Assembly: GCF_009914755.1 (NCBI RefSeq)
Contig: NC_060935.1
Reading direction: 5' to 3' (one strand)
Length of the DNA: 64,000 nt
Source: the human T2T-CHM13v2.0 reference genome, Homo sapiens
Numbering within the stretch: the first letter of the stretch is position 1; the number at the start of each line of letters is the position of its first letter. Shown one piece after another: positions 17,830 to 33,878 of this stretch. The position numbers and the translations under genes are program-made. Below the pieces are notes generated by a model. It was not told the DNA's origin. It made no database searches and was given only the letters and a program-made list of their open reading frames with translations.

Positions 17830-18020
17830 AGTCCATTGTTTGTCACACTTCTGAATGCAAAGGAATCACCTGGAATTTTTATTAAAATATGGATTTCTAA
17901 ATTATATCCCAAGAAATTTCAAATGTGTTATATATTATGTAGGTCACAGATATTGGCGTTTTAAGCACAACCTGGTGATCCTGATGCAGCTGGATCATAA
18001 ACTGCACTTTGAAGACTACA
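17830..18020. mobile_element. MER5-family hAT DNA transposon
   Basis: 'gaatcacctggaa...ttaagcacaacctggtgatcctgatgcagctgg...cactttgaaga'. Confidence 0.65.
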
Positions 18021-18084
18021 CACAGAATAGAAAGAATATAGGTTTTAAAGTCAGAAAAATTTAGATTTAATGGTTTACTCTTTA

Positions 18085-19640
18085 AGTAAAACAATAATTT
18101 GAGCCCATTGAATACCTAAACATTATGTTTCAGCTACTCTTGTAAGTGTTGAGCAGTGAACAAATCCAAACAAAAAAATCTCCACTCTCATGTCACTTAC
18201 ATGTGAATTGATATAAATAGATTAAAAGAAATTAAGTAAAATATATAGAATGTCAGTTCGATGAGTGCTCTGGAGTAGAAGATCTCAAGTGAGAAAACAG
18301 CTAATACGGAGTTTGGCACATTCAAGAAATAAAATGGTAAAGAAGCAGTGAGGATACAAAGGAACCTCAGACTGCTGTGTGAAGAATAAACTGTAGGGAC
18401 TGCGTAAGCAGAATAATGGCCTCCCACATGTCACCTTAAATAACAAAAAGAATTTTAAAGATGCGATGAAGATAAGGATCTTGAGATGTGGAGATTATCC
18501 TGGATTACCCAGGTGTGTCCAACGTAATCATAAGGGTACTTATAAGTGAATGATGGAGGCAGGAGGGTAGGAATCAAATAGAGATCTGAAGATGGTATGT
18601 TGTTGGCTTTGAGAATGGAGGAGGGAGCCACAGCCAAAAAATGAAGGTGACAATTAGAAGTTTAAAAAGGCAAGAAAAAGATTCTTCCATAGAGCACCAG
18701 GAGAGAGTGTGAGCCCTGCTGATGCCATGATTTTAGCCCACTTAGACCTATTTTGACTTCTGGCCTTCACAAATGTAGGATTAAAAATTTGTGTTTGTGT
18801 AAACCATGAAGCCTGTGACACTTTGCTACAGCAGCCACAGGAAAGTGGTGCAGGAAGTAAAGACATTAACACGGAAGATAAGTTGGGAGGTTATTGCATT
18901 AATTCAAAAAATAATAAAGGATTGACTTAACATAATAACAAAAAATTGGTATAAAATTATTGAATTGTAGATACTGTCTGGTAATTTGAATGAAGGATCA
19001 AAATGATTTACAAATGAATTGCATGTTAGCTGTAAGAGAAAGATGAAGGTCAATGATGACACTGAGTAAGATACTAGAAATAAGTTATTGCCAATTATTA
19101 AAATGGAAAAAATGTGCAAGAAGTAGGTGGAGGACATGCTTCTTGCACATTCAGTTGAGTATATCAAATACTCCAAGTAAGTATGTCATCCAAGTGAGTA
19201 TGTCAAATAACCATTCAAATCTGATTGCAGGGATAAAATCTGGGCTCGACAGATAAATTGGTAACCACTTTTAAATAGCATTTAAGGCCAGGACAGTGAA
19301 GAAAACCGTCAAATGGAGTGAGTGAAGATAGAAACGAGATCCAAAACCTGAGCTCTGGGTCAGTCCAGCTTTTGGATATTGTAAAAGTAGCAATGAACTG
19401 GCAAAGTAAACTAAGAAGCAGCAACACAGGAGGTAAGATTAATGAAACAGGTGACTGTGCTGCCAAGCCTGGTGAAGGATCTCAGAGAGCAAAAGTGAAC
19501 AAGTGCATAGAATGTTCACGAGAAGTCAACGTGGGGACTGAGAAGTAACTATTGGCTTTAGCAGTGTGTAGGTCAATGGGACCTTGGCAACGGTAATTCC
19601 AGTGAAATGTTAGGGAAAAAAAATCTGATGGGAGTGGGTG
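18085..19640 (-). mobile_element. L2 LINE fragment interrupted by MLT1D
   Basis: Purine-rich L2-like text on both sides of the MLT1D ('attgaatacc...gcagtgaacaaa', 'gggactgagaag..ctattggctttagcagtg..ggtca.tgggaccttggcaa'). Confidence 0.65.
18401..18850 (+). mobile_element. MLT1D-like MaLR solo LTR
   Basis: 'cagaataatggcctccc...aaggatcttgagatg.ggagattatcctggattacccagg...tgctacagcagccacaggaaa'. Confidence 0.85.
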
Positions 19641-19659
19641 TGAGCAGCTCTTTGCTAAT

Positions 19660-19830
19660 TTTAAAACCATGGACACATTTTTTAACCTCTGTAAATGTCA
19701 GCTTCCTCCTCCATAATATGAGATAATTATTCATATGTTAAAACAATTTCTGTGAAGATTAAATGATATAGTGCTTACCAAGTATGTCTTAAAACTTCTG
19801 GCGCATACTGCTAAAAACATGTCAGCTATT
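19660..19830 (+). mobile_element. MIR SINE fragment
   Basis: Core 'ttaacctctg...cagcttcctc...gagataat...gtgaagattaaatga'. Confidence 0.6.
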
Positions 19831-20454
19831 TTCCTTTCCTTTCTGTCCTCCTACTATATTCCAGTGAAATAAATATCTTTTCTATTATGTATATTTCATA
19901 AAATGAATATGGAATAAACTGCAGATTTGTATGATCCAGATAAGAGGTACATTTACTCTACACTTTAAGACATCAACTTAATCAACTTAATCTCCCATTG
20001 CTTGGTTCTTGGAAAGTCCAGTGACCGCTGAGGAATTTCTATAAATTTCCATGAGTTCACATTTTCAGAGTTACCACTGGTCTGAATATTTAGCTCTCTC
20101 TTGATCAGTTCATCCTATGGATAGTCATTCTCTGTATCAGGTATGGATGTGTTCAGCTGCAAATATTTTAAAATCCAACAAATAATGTCTTAACATTAAA
20201 AAAAAAAATGTTTAACTCTCTTTATGAGAAAATCAAGGGTAAGGATTTTAGCCCAGTAAAGAAGTGCAGTCATGACATAGGGAAGCAAACAAAAGCACCC
20301 TAGACTTTAGCTTTATCATGCAGGTATTTGTTCTCCAGACTTTTACCTCATAATCACAAAATGACTGCTGTGCCTCCAGAGCCAGATATTACGCAGACAG
20401 GAGAAAGCAGAGGAAAAAAAGGAAAACATGAGCCTGTCAGCCGAATTTAGTATG

Positions 20455-20745
20455 TTTTTTACTGTTTATTTTTATTTGACATATAATAATTGTGCATACA
20501 TATTTATGGGTACATAGTAATATTTTGATATGTATAATGTATAGTGATTAGATCAGGATAATTAGCATATCCGTCATCTCAAACATTTATCATTTCTTTG
20601 TGTTGACAACATTCAATACTCTCCTCTGAAAATATATAATATTATTATTGCTAACTGTAGTCATCCTACAGTGGTATAGAACACCAGAACTTACTCCTCC
20701 TATCTAGTTTTAATTTTGCATCTTTTAAGAAAACCCCTCCCTAAA
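20455..20745 (-). mobile_element. L1MA 3'-end fragment
   Basis: 'ataattgtgcatacatatttatgggtacatag...atcaggataattagcatatcc.tcatctcaaacatttatcatttctttgtgttg'. Confidence 0.8.
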
Positions 20746-21766
20746 AGAACATTCTTGTAAGTAGATTTCTTTTTTTCCTTTTCTTTAATAACAATTTTTC
20801 CTAAATCTATTACCAGGGCAGATTACATGAGGCTGCAGATTAGACCAATGTTTACTAAGGTGTGTTGGATGTATAACTGGGCATAAAAAAAGATGGTTTT
20901 GCTTTTCTATCCAACTTGCTGCTCTGTGTCTTTTAGTTGAGGACCATAGCTGACATATCAAATAATTATGCTATGAATATGACTGCTTAAGCCTAAGCTA
21001 TATAAAACCATTCATTTCAAGGACTAGTTAGTAAATAATAGTTGGGGTGGTATTTTGTAACGTTTGTTTAAACGTTTGTTGTAACGTTTGTTTAAACATT
21101 ATAAAGTTAACATGAGAATGACTAAATCTGAGGAACATTAGATTAGGCCATATTAGGCTATTCTAGATCTCCCTGGAGTCACAAGGCTGCAACCTCAGAG
21201 GCACCCTGGCCATTACCAAGTAGGAAAGACCAGGTCTTGCAGATCCACAAAAGGGTTCACAGAAGAATATGGCAGAAATGTGGAATTGAAGAAAGTGGCC
21301 TGAGAATTCAGCAAAGAAGACATAAGCTACGTAACTGTTCATGGGATCCGGGGTAAAGCTTAAGTAGGGTCCCCTCTGCCCTCCCCAAAAATCCTCTGCT
21401 TCCTTCTTTTTGCACTTTTTTGAAAGATCAGTCCATCTGTGGTCAAAGGATTTCTTTCTTGTCTCTGACTAGGTATTGTGCTATTGGTTTTAAAAGCAGG
21501 GTCATGTTCTCTTAGGACCAGAATCAGGAGAGATGTCCATATTACCTGGGTGCTTGGAGTTTGGTCTGGGAGGCAGAGCTGAAAGTTATTTCTCCCTTCA
21601 AAAGCATCTTGGGGCTTGGTTTCAGGAGCATCAATACCCTACATGCCATAGCCACTTCAAACAAACTACCGTGTTGTTCCTGACATCTTCAAATATAGTG
21701 CAATACTGGATATTAGACTCTTCTAATAATCCGCTTGATAATGTCAAAAACTTCAATGACAGTTAA

Positions 21767-22084
21767 ATTTATTTTATTTTATTTTATTTTATTTTATTTT
21801 TGAGACAGAGACTTACTCTGTCACCCAGGCTGGAGTGCAGTGGCACAATCTCAGCACACTGCAGCCTCTACCTCCTGGGGTTCAAGCAATTCTCGTACCT
21901 CAGCCTCCCACGTGGCTGGGACGATAGGCATGCACAACCACACCCAGCTAATTTTTGTATTTTTAGTAAAGATGGGGTTTCACCATGTTTGCCATGCTGG
22001 TCTTGAACTCCTGGCCTCACATGATCTGCCTGCCTCAGCCTCCCAAAGTGCTGGGATTATAGGCGTGAGCCACTGCACCTGGCC
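21767..22084 (-). mobile_element. AluS/J with (TTTTA)n tail
   Basis: Full dimeric Alu on the minus strand ending at ...cctggcc 22084. Confidence 0.92.
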
Positions 22085-22169
22085 TAGAATTTATTTTTAA
22101 TGATGACTTCTGATATAATGGCTCCCTTGACCAAAACCTTATATTTGCAACTCCAAAACAAATAGACAT

Positions 22170-22263
22170 ACGTATATACACATAAATATGAATATTCCTG
22201 TATACACAACACAGACATACATGCACACACACACATGCACACATACACACACACGCACACACC
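22170..22263. repeat. (TA)/(CA)-rich microsatellite
   Basis: Imperfect CA/TA dinucleotide runs. Confidence 0.8.
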
Positions 22264-22423
22264 TCTATGTGACATCTAGAATAAAATTAATGTCGTTATT
22301 GTTGTTTTAGACATAGGGATTATGTAGTTGAACACACTTGGAAGTATATTGAAATTAACCAGGCTAATTATTTTGCATAACATTCAATACAATTGTTATA
22401 CAAATAAACTCATTTTAGTATAC

Positions 22424-22790
22424 TGATACTGTTTGGCTCTGTGTCCCCACTTAAATCTCATCTCGAATTGTAATCCCCACATGCCAAGTGAGGGACCCAG
22501 TGGGATGTGATTAGATCATGGGGATGGTTATTCCCATGCTGTTCTTATGATAGTGAGAGAGTTATCATGCAGTCTGATGATTTTAAAAGCAGCAGTTTCC
22601 CCCGCACTCTGTCGCTCTTCTGCTGCCTTGTGAAGAAAATGCTTGCTTCTTCTTTGCCTTCCGCCACGATTGTAAATTTCCTGAGGTCTCCCCAGCCATG
22701 CAGAACTGTGACTCAATTAAACCTCTTTCCTTTATAAATTACTCAGTCCCCAGTAGTATCTTTATAGCAGTGTGAAAACGGACTAATACA
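22424..22790 (+). mobile_element. THE1 (THE1D-like) MaLR solo LTR
   Basis: TG...CA termini ('tgatactgtttggctctgtgtcccca'...'ggactaataca') and a perfect 5-bp TSD tatac (22419-22423, 22791-22795). Confidence 0.93.
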
Positions 22791-22917
22791 TATACTCATG
22801 TAAATGTGTTGAAAGGAATATACCCTATCCATGTTAAAAACAACAACAACAAAAAAGAAAACAACAACAACAAAAAAAACAGGCATCTCTGGAAGCCTAG
22901 ACTGAAGGTTTAGTTCT

Positions 22918-23138
22918 GTAGTTCTCCATAAGGCTCAATGAAGCCCTCGACCAACTGGGGACATTTGATAATGTCTGGAGACATACTGGTCATCACAACT
23001 GAGCAGGGGTGAGGCACCACTGACGTCCAAAGGGTAGAGGCTAGGGCTTCTGCTCCCATTGTACAATGTGCAGGAAAGTTTCAACAACCAAGAACTAACC
23101 TACCCAAAATATCAACAGTGTGGAAGTTAAGAAACTGT
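22918..23138. mobile_element. MER20 hAT-Charlie DNA transposon
   Basis: 'ggggacatttgataatgtctggagacat...tcacaactg...gggtagaggctaggg...cccaaaatatcaacagtg...gttaagaaactg'. Confidence 0.8.
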
Positions 23139-24460
23139 TCTAGAAGGATATTTTGATTTTGGTCATTCAATTCAGCATCTTAGCACCTGCGACTTCTGGC
23201 TCTAAGCAGGCTTTTACAGAAAGTGACTTTGTAAAGGCTTTTGTTCTAACATCTCTTCTGATACTGTCTTTTTCAAAGCCAAACATTACAGAATAAGTTA
23301 GCTTAGTTTTCTATTTTTGATTTTCATTTTGTTTTGTTTTATATCTCATTGGCTCACAACTGTAGTCATTGCTATGGAGCTAAAATCCAAATAAACCAAT
23401 GCTTTGCCTAATTCAGCTTTTTGTTGTTGACAGAAAATTTACTTGTTGCATTTAAGGAATTGCAACTCGGCCTGGGTGGGTTTTGAACATGTTTCTCTGT
23501 GTATTTGTGTGTGTGCGTGCCAGTATCTTCTGCTTGCCGATTTGGATCTGCCTCCACCCTTTGCTACCTCCCTCTCTGCCCTGGTGTGCTGATTTGCATC
23601 AATTGCATTCAGGTTTTCTTGGAATTTCACCAATGGGGATGCCAAAATGAAGTCTGTAAGGAGAAAGAGGAGTAAGGTTAATGCATTTCTTCCCCAACTC
23701 CTTCTGTGTAAAGTAAACCTTCTTGAATCACATTACTTTTGAGTGTCTCATCTCTTTCCTGATAGAGGTCAGAGTAATTCAGATTTTGAGTATCTGTGTG
23801 TCTGTGTGTATATAGTGCATAGCTTTTCCTTTATATTATGCCCATCTAAATGTTCTAACATAACCACAAGAAGTAGTCCCAGAGAGAAAAAAATAAAAAT
23901 AAAAATACAAACAACAGTTCAAACACGATAGAGCAAGAAAGATAACAGTGCATGTAATCAGTTATATAACTCTTGTAATGCAAGTCTCAATTATCTTTGT
24001 TCTGTTAACATGTAAGCATTGGCAATATTTTTTCAAGTTAGAAAACTAAAGTTAAACACAAACTATGAATATCCGCTTGTGGTAAAATTCAGCACTGCTA
24101 TATCATATTGCCCTTTTGTCCTATCATATACTTGACATATGTCTCTTCCAGTCCTTTCACAGCCTGCATCTGGAATAGAAGTAGCCTTCTAAATCATGAC
24201 CCAATCTTCAACATTTCCATACTATCATATTCAGCAGTAAGTTGCTATTCTAAAATATCTAGTGGATTATTTATCTTCCCTGATAAAAATATTGTATTTC
24301 ACATTTTCCTACTGAGTACTGCCTAATCTCCTCAATTTGGTCAGCAAGGTTTTGTGTAATCTGACCTCAAACTTCCCGTCTTTGTCTGACACATACATGT
24401 GTCTTTATGAGTATAATCTACCCACATTAGACATGACAAACACAGTTTATAGCACCTTGA

Positions 24461-24779
<319 letters not shown>

Positions 24780-25509
24780 ACATTCAATTCTTGATAACCA
24801 TAGTTATCTGTTAACGGTTCTTTCAAGTAAAAATGTTGTGAATTTTTCGCAAGGAAATGCGGCTAGTCCAACTGGATGTGTTTCCATCATAGCCGGATTT
24901 GTAATATAAGTGTTTTATACATACTTTCTGTTTTAATACACAAGTGTATATAAAAGAGTCAAGAATTAATAAGATTAATATTTTTACTACTTCTTAAGCA
25001 AAGCATAAGTGAAGTATACCATGACTATTAATATAATCTGGTGCTATTATCTTGACTAAAGCTGAAGCACCATCAGTTTCCCCATTATTATTTTTATATC
25101 ATCAGTGGAAATATAAGCATGGAGAAAAAGGCAATAATATCTTAATATTACCAAGGAAACTTTTTTTAACTAAGAGACCCCCCGTACAAGATTCTCAGGG
25201 GTCGATTGACCAAATTTTTTAAACCCTGCTATAAAACCTAAATAGATATTTGATCCTTCAAGCTGCTTCCTACTGTCTTCGAAATCATGGGTGGTTTCTA
25301 ACAAAACTTAAGAAGTTACTAGTTGAGGAAAATAAAAGTAGAACCATAATCCTTATGTTCTGGTCTTCCACCTTGTTTGCCCAAGGTTTTCATTGTATGT
25401 CTTCAATTCCATGTGTGCATGTGGAAGTGGAACCAAGACGTTGCTGCTCTCTGGAGCTTTAAGTTTTCCATCTGTGTTTGCACAGTGTTTTACATGGCAT
25501 ATGGGAGTT

Positions 25510-25990
25510 TCTGTCACACTGATTACAGCTATTCATTTGCATGTCTTTCTCCTTTGGTAGAAAGCGAGCTCCTGAAAGGTAGGAAGGTTGTTTGATTCAT
25601 ACTTTCACTCCAATACCTAGAGTTGGCACACAGTAGACGTACAAAAATAAATAAGCAAACAAAAAATGAATTTAAAAGTTCTGGAGCATTGGAGTTTACA
25701 GCTGTGACTGTGTTCTCATTGTAATTACTATAGAATGAAATAATAATGGTAGAAATCTTCTGTTGAGGACTTACTATATTTCAAGCATGGTCCTAGGTCT
25801 TTGCGTGGATCTCACTTAATTGCTACATGAATTCTTTGCATTCATAGATTGTTATTCCCAACTGCTCCCCATCTGCATTTTGTAGAAACAAAAGTTGAGA
25901 ATTAAAAGGTGAAGTGATTTTTTTTTAATCCTGCAATCACCAAATATTGGAGTCAGTATTCAGTTATATGGTATCTTAATGTCACAGACT
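25510..25990. mobile_element. L2 3'-end fragment followed by a MIR fragment
   Basis: 'gagctcctgaaaggtagg...cctagagttggcacacagtagac' (L2), then 'tgttgaggacttactat..caagcatgg.tcctagg' (MIR). Confidence 0.55.
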
Positions 25991-26180
25991 TCACATATGA
26001 GAAGAAAAGCATTCTGGGTGTTTGTGTGTTGTTAGATGAAATCAACATGCATGTTGATCTGACAGCATCAGGTGACTTTATTCCATGCTGGCAGGGGACT
26101 GCTAAACATTAGACAGCTGTAAGTTGATTTTCATGATTTTTCTATGGCTCTGACTTGTGTTCTTGTGATTTTTATTGAAA

Positions 26181-26428
26181 TGTATATGTGTGTGTGTGTG
26201 TGTGTATATATATATACACATACATATATATATGTGTGTGTGGGCTAGCAAGGAATTCTGTGCCAGTCTACTAGAAGATCACTGGTTCTCTTTGGCCTTT
26301 TGAGAAATATTATTCCCAAACTATTATAACTTGGGGTTACTAAATACATGTCTGATAGAAAATCTGCCCACATATATATCTGTGTGTGTGTGTACATATA
26401 TATATACACATACAGATATATATATATA
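26181..26428. repeat. (TG)n(TA)n microsatellite split by the left inverted-repeat arm
   Basis: Similar 'tgtgtgtgtgtgtaYatatatatacacatacaKatatatat' blocks at about 26193-26233 and 26381-26428. Confidence 0.85.
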
Positions 26429-26983
26429 GCTGTATGAAACCACCTTTATCCTGATCCTTTGAGCCTCTTTCTGAAAAGCATGTCTAAACTTGTGTCATGT
26501 AGCCTGTCTTGTAATATTTTGTTCGAGGATCTTACAGAGTAACAGTCAGTGACCAGGGCTGAGGAAGAGAGAAAAAAAAAAAAAAAAAAGCCTGAAGAGT
26601 AGCATCTCGGCTCATTAATGGGAAATACAACCTGAATGAACTTTTCCTGCTCAGGAACTATGATGTTCTTATTCTCCACATACAATACGTTATCTTCTAG
26701 TAGTAGACTTCCCCAAGGTAAACTCATCAGAGAAACAAATAAGTCAGGATTCTTTTAACTTTCTTTTAACTGTAATGGGAATTATTCCTTCTTAATAACC
26801 ATAAAATCTGAGGCCCTGGTGCAGGCCATACCTTATCATCAGGGAGATACTTAAGTGGGCAGATATTCTGTCAGACAAGTGTTTAATAACCCCAAGTTAT
26901 AATAGTTTGGGAATAATATTTCTCTTCAGGTCAAAGAGAACCGGTGATCTTCTAGTAGACTGGCACAGAATTCCTTGCTAGCC
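26243..26983. repeat. 129-bp inverted repeat (arms 26243-26371 and 26855-26983, 483-bp spacer)
   Basis: Manual alignment of the left arm to the reverse complement of the right arm gives 119/129 identical, no gaps. Confidence 0.95.
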
Positions 26984-27529
26984 TACAGAATGCTGAGAGT
27001 TATTTGCTTGTTTGTATATTTATTAGTTTTGCTTCTTTGTTTTGTTTTTCCAAAAACTATATTCTCCTTACTAGAGTATTGGATTCCGTGACAAAGTTTA
27101 TTCTTTCTACACTACTGTCCTAGGATGACCACTCCCTCTATGTTCCACTCACCCTTCTCAGCTGCAGCAATGCCGTGGGGATATTGTATGTTGTTGAGAA
27201 CATATCTTACTAGCTTTCAAACTATGCAATGGCTTTTTGACCATGGCCCACAGTACAATATACATTGTACCTCATGACCCATTTAAAACAAACTTTCACA
27301 AAGAAACTTTTTCTCTTACTAAAAGTAATGGGTACTGGCATTCTCATCTGTATTCTTTCTATGGGTCCATTGAATTGATTTTGTGATTCATGAATAAGTC
27401 TTGGCCCTCAATTTGAGACAATGATCATATTCTAGGGTTGTGGCTCTCACAGTGTGGGAATTTTTATTAATAATCGAATATTCCTGAACTTAAAAAGAAA
27501 CATATTTACTGTAATAAAACCAAGAATTC

Positions 27530-27714
27530 ACTGGTTCTAAAACTTTGTTATGCATCAGAATCACCTGGAAGGCTTAAAACCCGGATTACTGGACTCTACC
27601 TCCAGAGATTTGATTCAGTATATCTGCTGAGCAACTCAATAATTTTTACTTTAAACAAGTTTTCGGGTAATGCCAATGCTGCTGGTTCTGGGGATACCCT
27701 TTGGGAACCACCGG
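27530..27714. mobile_element. MER5A hAT DNA transposon
   Basis: 'cactggttctaaaact...gcatcagaatcacctggaaggctt...tgattcagta...tgctgctggttctgggga.accctttgggaaccac'. Confidence 0.85.
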
Positions 27715-27939
27715 TCTAAATGGAAAAGCTTGGATTTCCTCCCACTAAGAGTTAATTTTATTAGATCCTTTCTGAGAGTTCTAAGGATGCCCCCTTGTGG
27801 AAATCTAAGGGGAAAGTTTGCAAGACAACGCTCCCAAAATACCACTGAGAGATAAAGGCAGTAGATTTAACACTCAAATTTGAGACATTCCCTCCACTTC
27901 CCTTAGGACAAAGAACAATGATGGTTGGGTAGCAGGAAA

Positions 27940-28130
27940 ACATGATGGTTAAAAGGCCAGATCTTAAAGACAGATGAACCTGTGTTCAAAGCTACCACTT
28001 TTGCGTGTAATGCTGGGCCTGTTGCTGAACTTCTCTAATTTAAAGCTTCATCATCTGTAAAGCAATATAATAATAGTACTTTATGCATCATATAAAATTT
28101 TAGTGAAAATTAAGTACATTATACATGAAG
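27940..28130 (+). mobile_element. MIR fragment
   Basis: 'agacagatgaacctgtgttcaaa...ctgaacttctct...cttcatcatctgtaaa..ataataatagtac'. Confidence 0.6.
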
Positions 28131-28379
28131 ACCGAAACATTTGACTTCTAATTTAGGATGTGAATAGCAGTCTTCTATTTAACATTCTGAAGTGCAACAC
28201 TTGAAACCACTCAAACTCACACCCACGTTCTTAGCCTTTTCACCTAATGCATCTTTCCCTAGATTATCCAAAGATAAGTGCTTATTCATGAAAAAGAACC
28301 AATATTGACTCAGGACTCAAATATGCCCCTTTACTATGCAGGTTTCTGAAACTTCTCCTGCCACCTGAATTTGTTTTTT

Positions 28380-30581
<2,202 letters not shown>

Positions 30582-32339
30582 TAAGCCACTATGCTACATA
30601 GACCCTGACTAGTGACGGAGGCAAAGGTTGCATGAAACAGCTGCCACCACGATATTCCAAGGGATTCTATTCTACTGCTGCAGAAATGTCTGAAGTATGT
30701 AGTTAGAACTAAGTCCCGTGTCTTGGGATCTGCTGCTTTCATAAATGCAGGTGCCTGCCCCAGGATGTACGGGTCATTGAGATTTGAGATTAAAACCACT
30801 TTCCTCTCAGTGCTGTGTTCCGTCACAGCTATATATCAGCAAGATGGGCCTATGTCCACAGCGTGCAACTCTTTAGATGCATTCAGCCAATACATTTCAG
30901 ATTCATGGGATAATGAACCAAAACAGCCATTCAGTAAAATCCAAAACTAAAAGCCACTAGAAACCAAACCAAGATAAAATCACTTTTTAAAAAATCAGTG
31001 CATATATCTTTCATTAGTAATGATTTATCCGCTTTCTCACTGTCTGAAAATAATGAAAGGAAATTAGAATCATCATTTTTTTGCCTCAAGGTACTCACTG
31101 AGGAGATAAACACATATTAAATGTTTTTGAATTTAAGGATGGTCATTCTTTTCCACATTTGAATATTTCTAAAATCTAAATGAGGTTTTCAGTGTAGTAA
31201 TGTTTATTTTCTCTGAAAGTAAAACCTGTTAATAAATCAGTGCTGTGTTTACAACTTGTGGCGTATTGGAATCAAAACAAAGACAGAATTTCTCATGCAA
31301 TATGAGGGCTTACGTAAAGGTCTGGTTGGATATTTTTAGATTACGTAGCTAATGGAAGATAATTTTGAATAATATAAATCTTGAGAATTAAAAATGTACG
31401 TACTTACTCCTGTTCAAACACACACACATAGAAACATGGATATTTTTAAGCATACCCCATACTACCACCATTACTATTGCTACCACCACCAGCACTGTTA
31501 CCATTCATAACTATCGGTCTTAAAGTGTTTTGATGTGGGTGGTGTCTATTTTTCATCTCTAAGAACCAATCTCTTTCAAAAGCATTGTTAATAAACATAG
31601 AATAATCTTTTAAGTATTTTGAAATAGGAATATGACAATACATCTCAGCAAAATGCTCATAAATTCTAAAATACAACATTAAGCATGTTAAGAAAATATA
31701 AAGCTTGCCTCTGTACTTTTCAACTAGAATGTCTGTTTCTCGATACAAATAAATAAGTGTCACTAATGTGCGAAGTTTCAAAACTGAATTTTGAAATTTT
31801 AATTGCAGGACTGAAAATGAAAAAAAAAAGTCTACATAGTTGTTTAGACTGAGAAGGCGAGAAAAACCAACTTAAAAAAAAAGCAATAGCTTTGCAAATA
31901 AGCCTACATTTACCTAAAAAATGGTAGGAAAAAATGAATGATCCTGTCTGAGAAACACTGTCATTTGTGAACAAAGGCTGGCATCTGGACTTGCTTTCAA
32001 TCAGGCATCTCTGAACTGTGCAAACTGTAGTCTTCTGTTGTGGTTTCAAATATCCATTTTCAAATGCATGCATAGTTTTAGAAATTTGCAGTGATTCTCT
32101 GAAATAGATGCAATAAATTTATCTGTACATTTTCAAATCTGTTACATCTAACAAAAAAAAAACTTTATCAGTAGAAGCATTTTCCTTTACAATATATCTG
32201 TTGTTTCTATCACATTCACATGTGTGATATTAAAAATGCTTATGAATGATGCTCAGTTTTCTATCAGAATAACTCATTCAATGTACATAAGATGCAAAAT
32301 GCATTAGACCCATTTACAGAAGTACAACAAATCAATGTA

Positions 32340-32560
32340 GTGCAGCCTGAGACTTTAGGTGTGGCAATAAGAGAGCTGAGTAGGATGACTCACTTATTTG
32401 TGTGACTTTGCGAAATCACTTAAACCATGTAAGCCTTGGTTTTTTATCTCGAAACTGGAGATAATATCTACCTCATCAGATATTGAAAGTGTTTAATTAA
32501 TAATCTACGCAATATGTCATGTATGGCACCTGTTAAAACTCAACAACTTATAACTACAAG
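32340..32560 (+). mobile_element. MIR fragment
   Basis: 'cacttatttgtgtgactttgcgaaatcacttaaacc...ggagataatatctacctca'. Confidence 0.6.
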
Positions 32561-32603
32561 CCTTTATTATAAATATGAAAAGTGTAGTAAAAGATACACA
32601 TAG

Positions 32604-33019
<416 letters not shown>

Positions 33020-33274
33020 CATTTCTTGAATTCAATTAAAACCTGATTTTAAAATTTTGCTTTGTGTGGAACTTTGCCAGAGCACATATCATATGTGTCT
33101 TTTCAAGATACCAAAATTACTATGTGCTGTAAACCCATAAATTAAAAGTTATCTTCTAGTCTAAAAATTTCTGTGTTTTAGAAAAATTGGTTATTTTATG
33201 TAATGAGAATTGTACAGAAAATGTCTATGAGATAAGTGAAATCTAGGCGAACAACAAGTAGCCATGTAAACAAC

Positions 33275-33420
33275 ATATATATATATACACATACACACAT
33301 ATATGTTATTTATATATGTATACACACACGTATATTTGTCATTTTATATATGTGTGTGTCTGTGTGTGTTTTTGTGTGTGTGTGTTTGTGTATATGTGTA
33401 TATATGGTACACATATATAA
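33275..33420. repeat. Compound (TA)/(CA)/(TG) microsatellite
   Basis: CA-rich left half and TG-rich right half. Confidence 0.85.
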
Positions 33421-33878
33421 TCCTGACTGTGACTGTGGGCCTGATGAGGGAGGGAGCCAAGAGAACCAGAGTGAAGAGAGCTCCCTGTCTTCTACAGATT
33501 CGCAGTATATCAGGGAATTTTTAGAATTCTGGCTGGCTGAGTCTCCTGAGAGTTTCTTAGTAAGAGATACCAAGGAGATACTGAGAGTTTAAAAATATGA
33601 TTTTAATCTTATATATCATATAAGCTTTGGCCAAAACTGGAGTTGATGTGAGAGAAGAGCATGATTTTTGCGGACTCAAGAATCTGTTGTTTTTACTGTT
33701 TTCTAGTCCTTTCTGATTTTCCTCCCCACTATTTTTCCCATCCAAGAACTTATGTCAGTGTGAATCTATATGAGGAAGAGAGACAGAGGGAGAGGGAGCG
33801 TTAAATAAATTACTAATATATCACTACAATAATGTGAACACAAAACCTTCTGCCTTGGGAGTCTCCTACAGAGGTGTC

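Noticed and set aside
26243-26983. Inverted repeat as a MITE or DNA transposon with long TIRs
   Set aside because: No clear TA or 8-bp TSD, termini unlike known primate TIRs, and a microsatellite continues on both sides of one arm, which favours templated insertion. A genome-wide copy search is still needed
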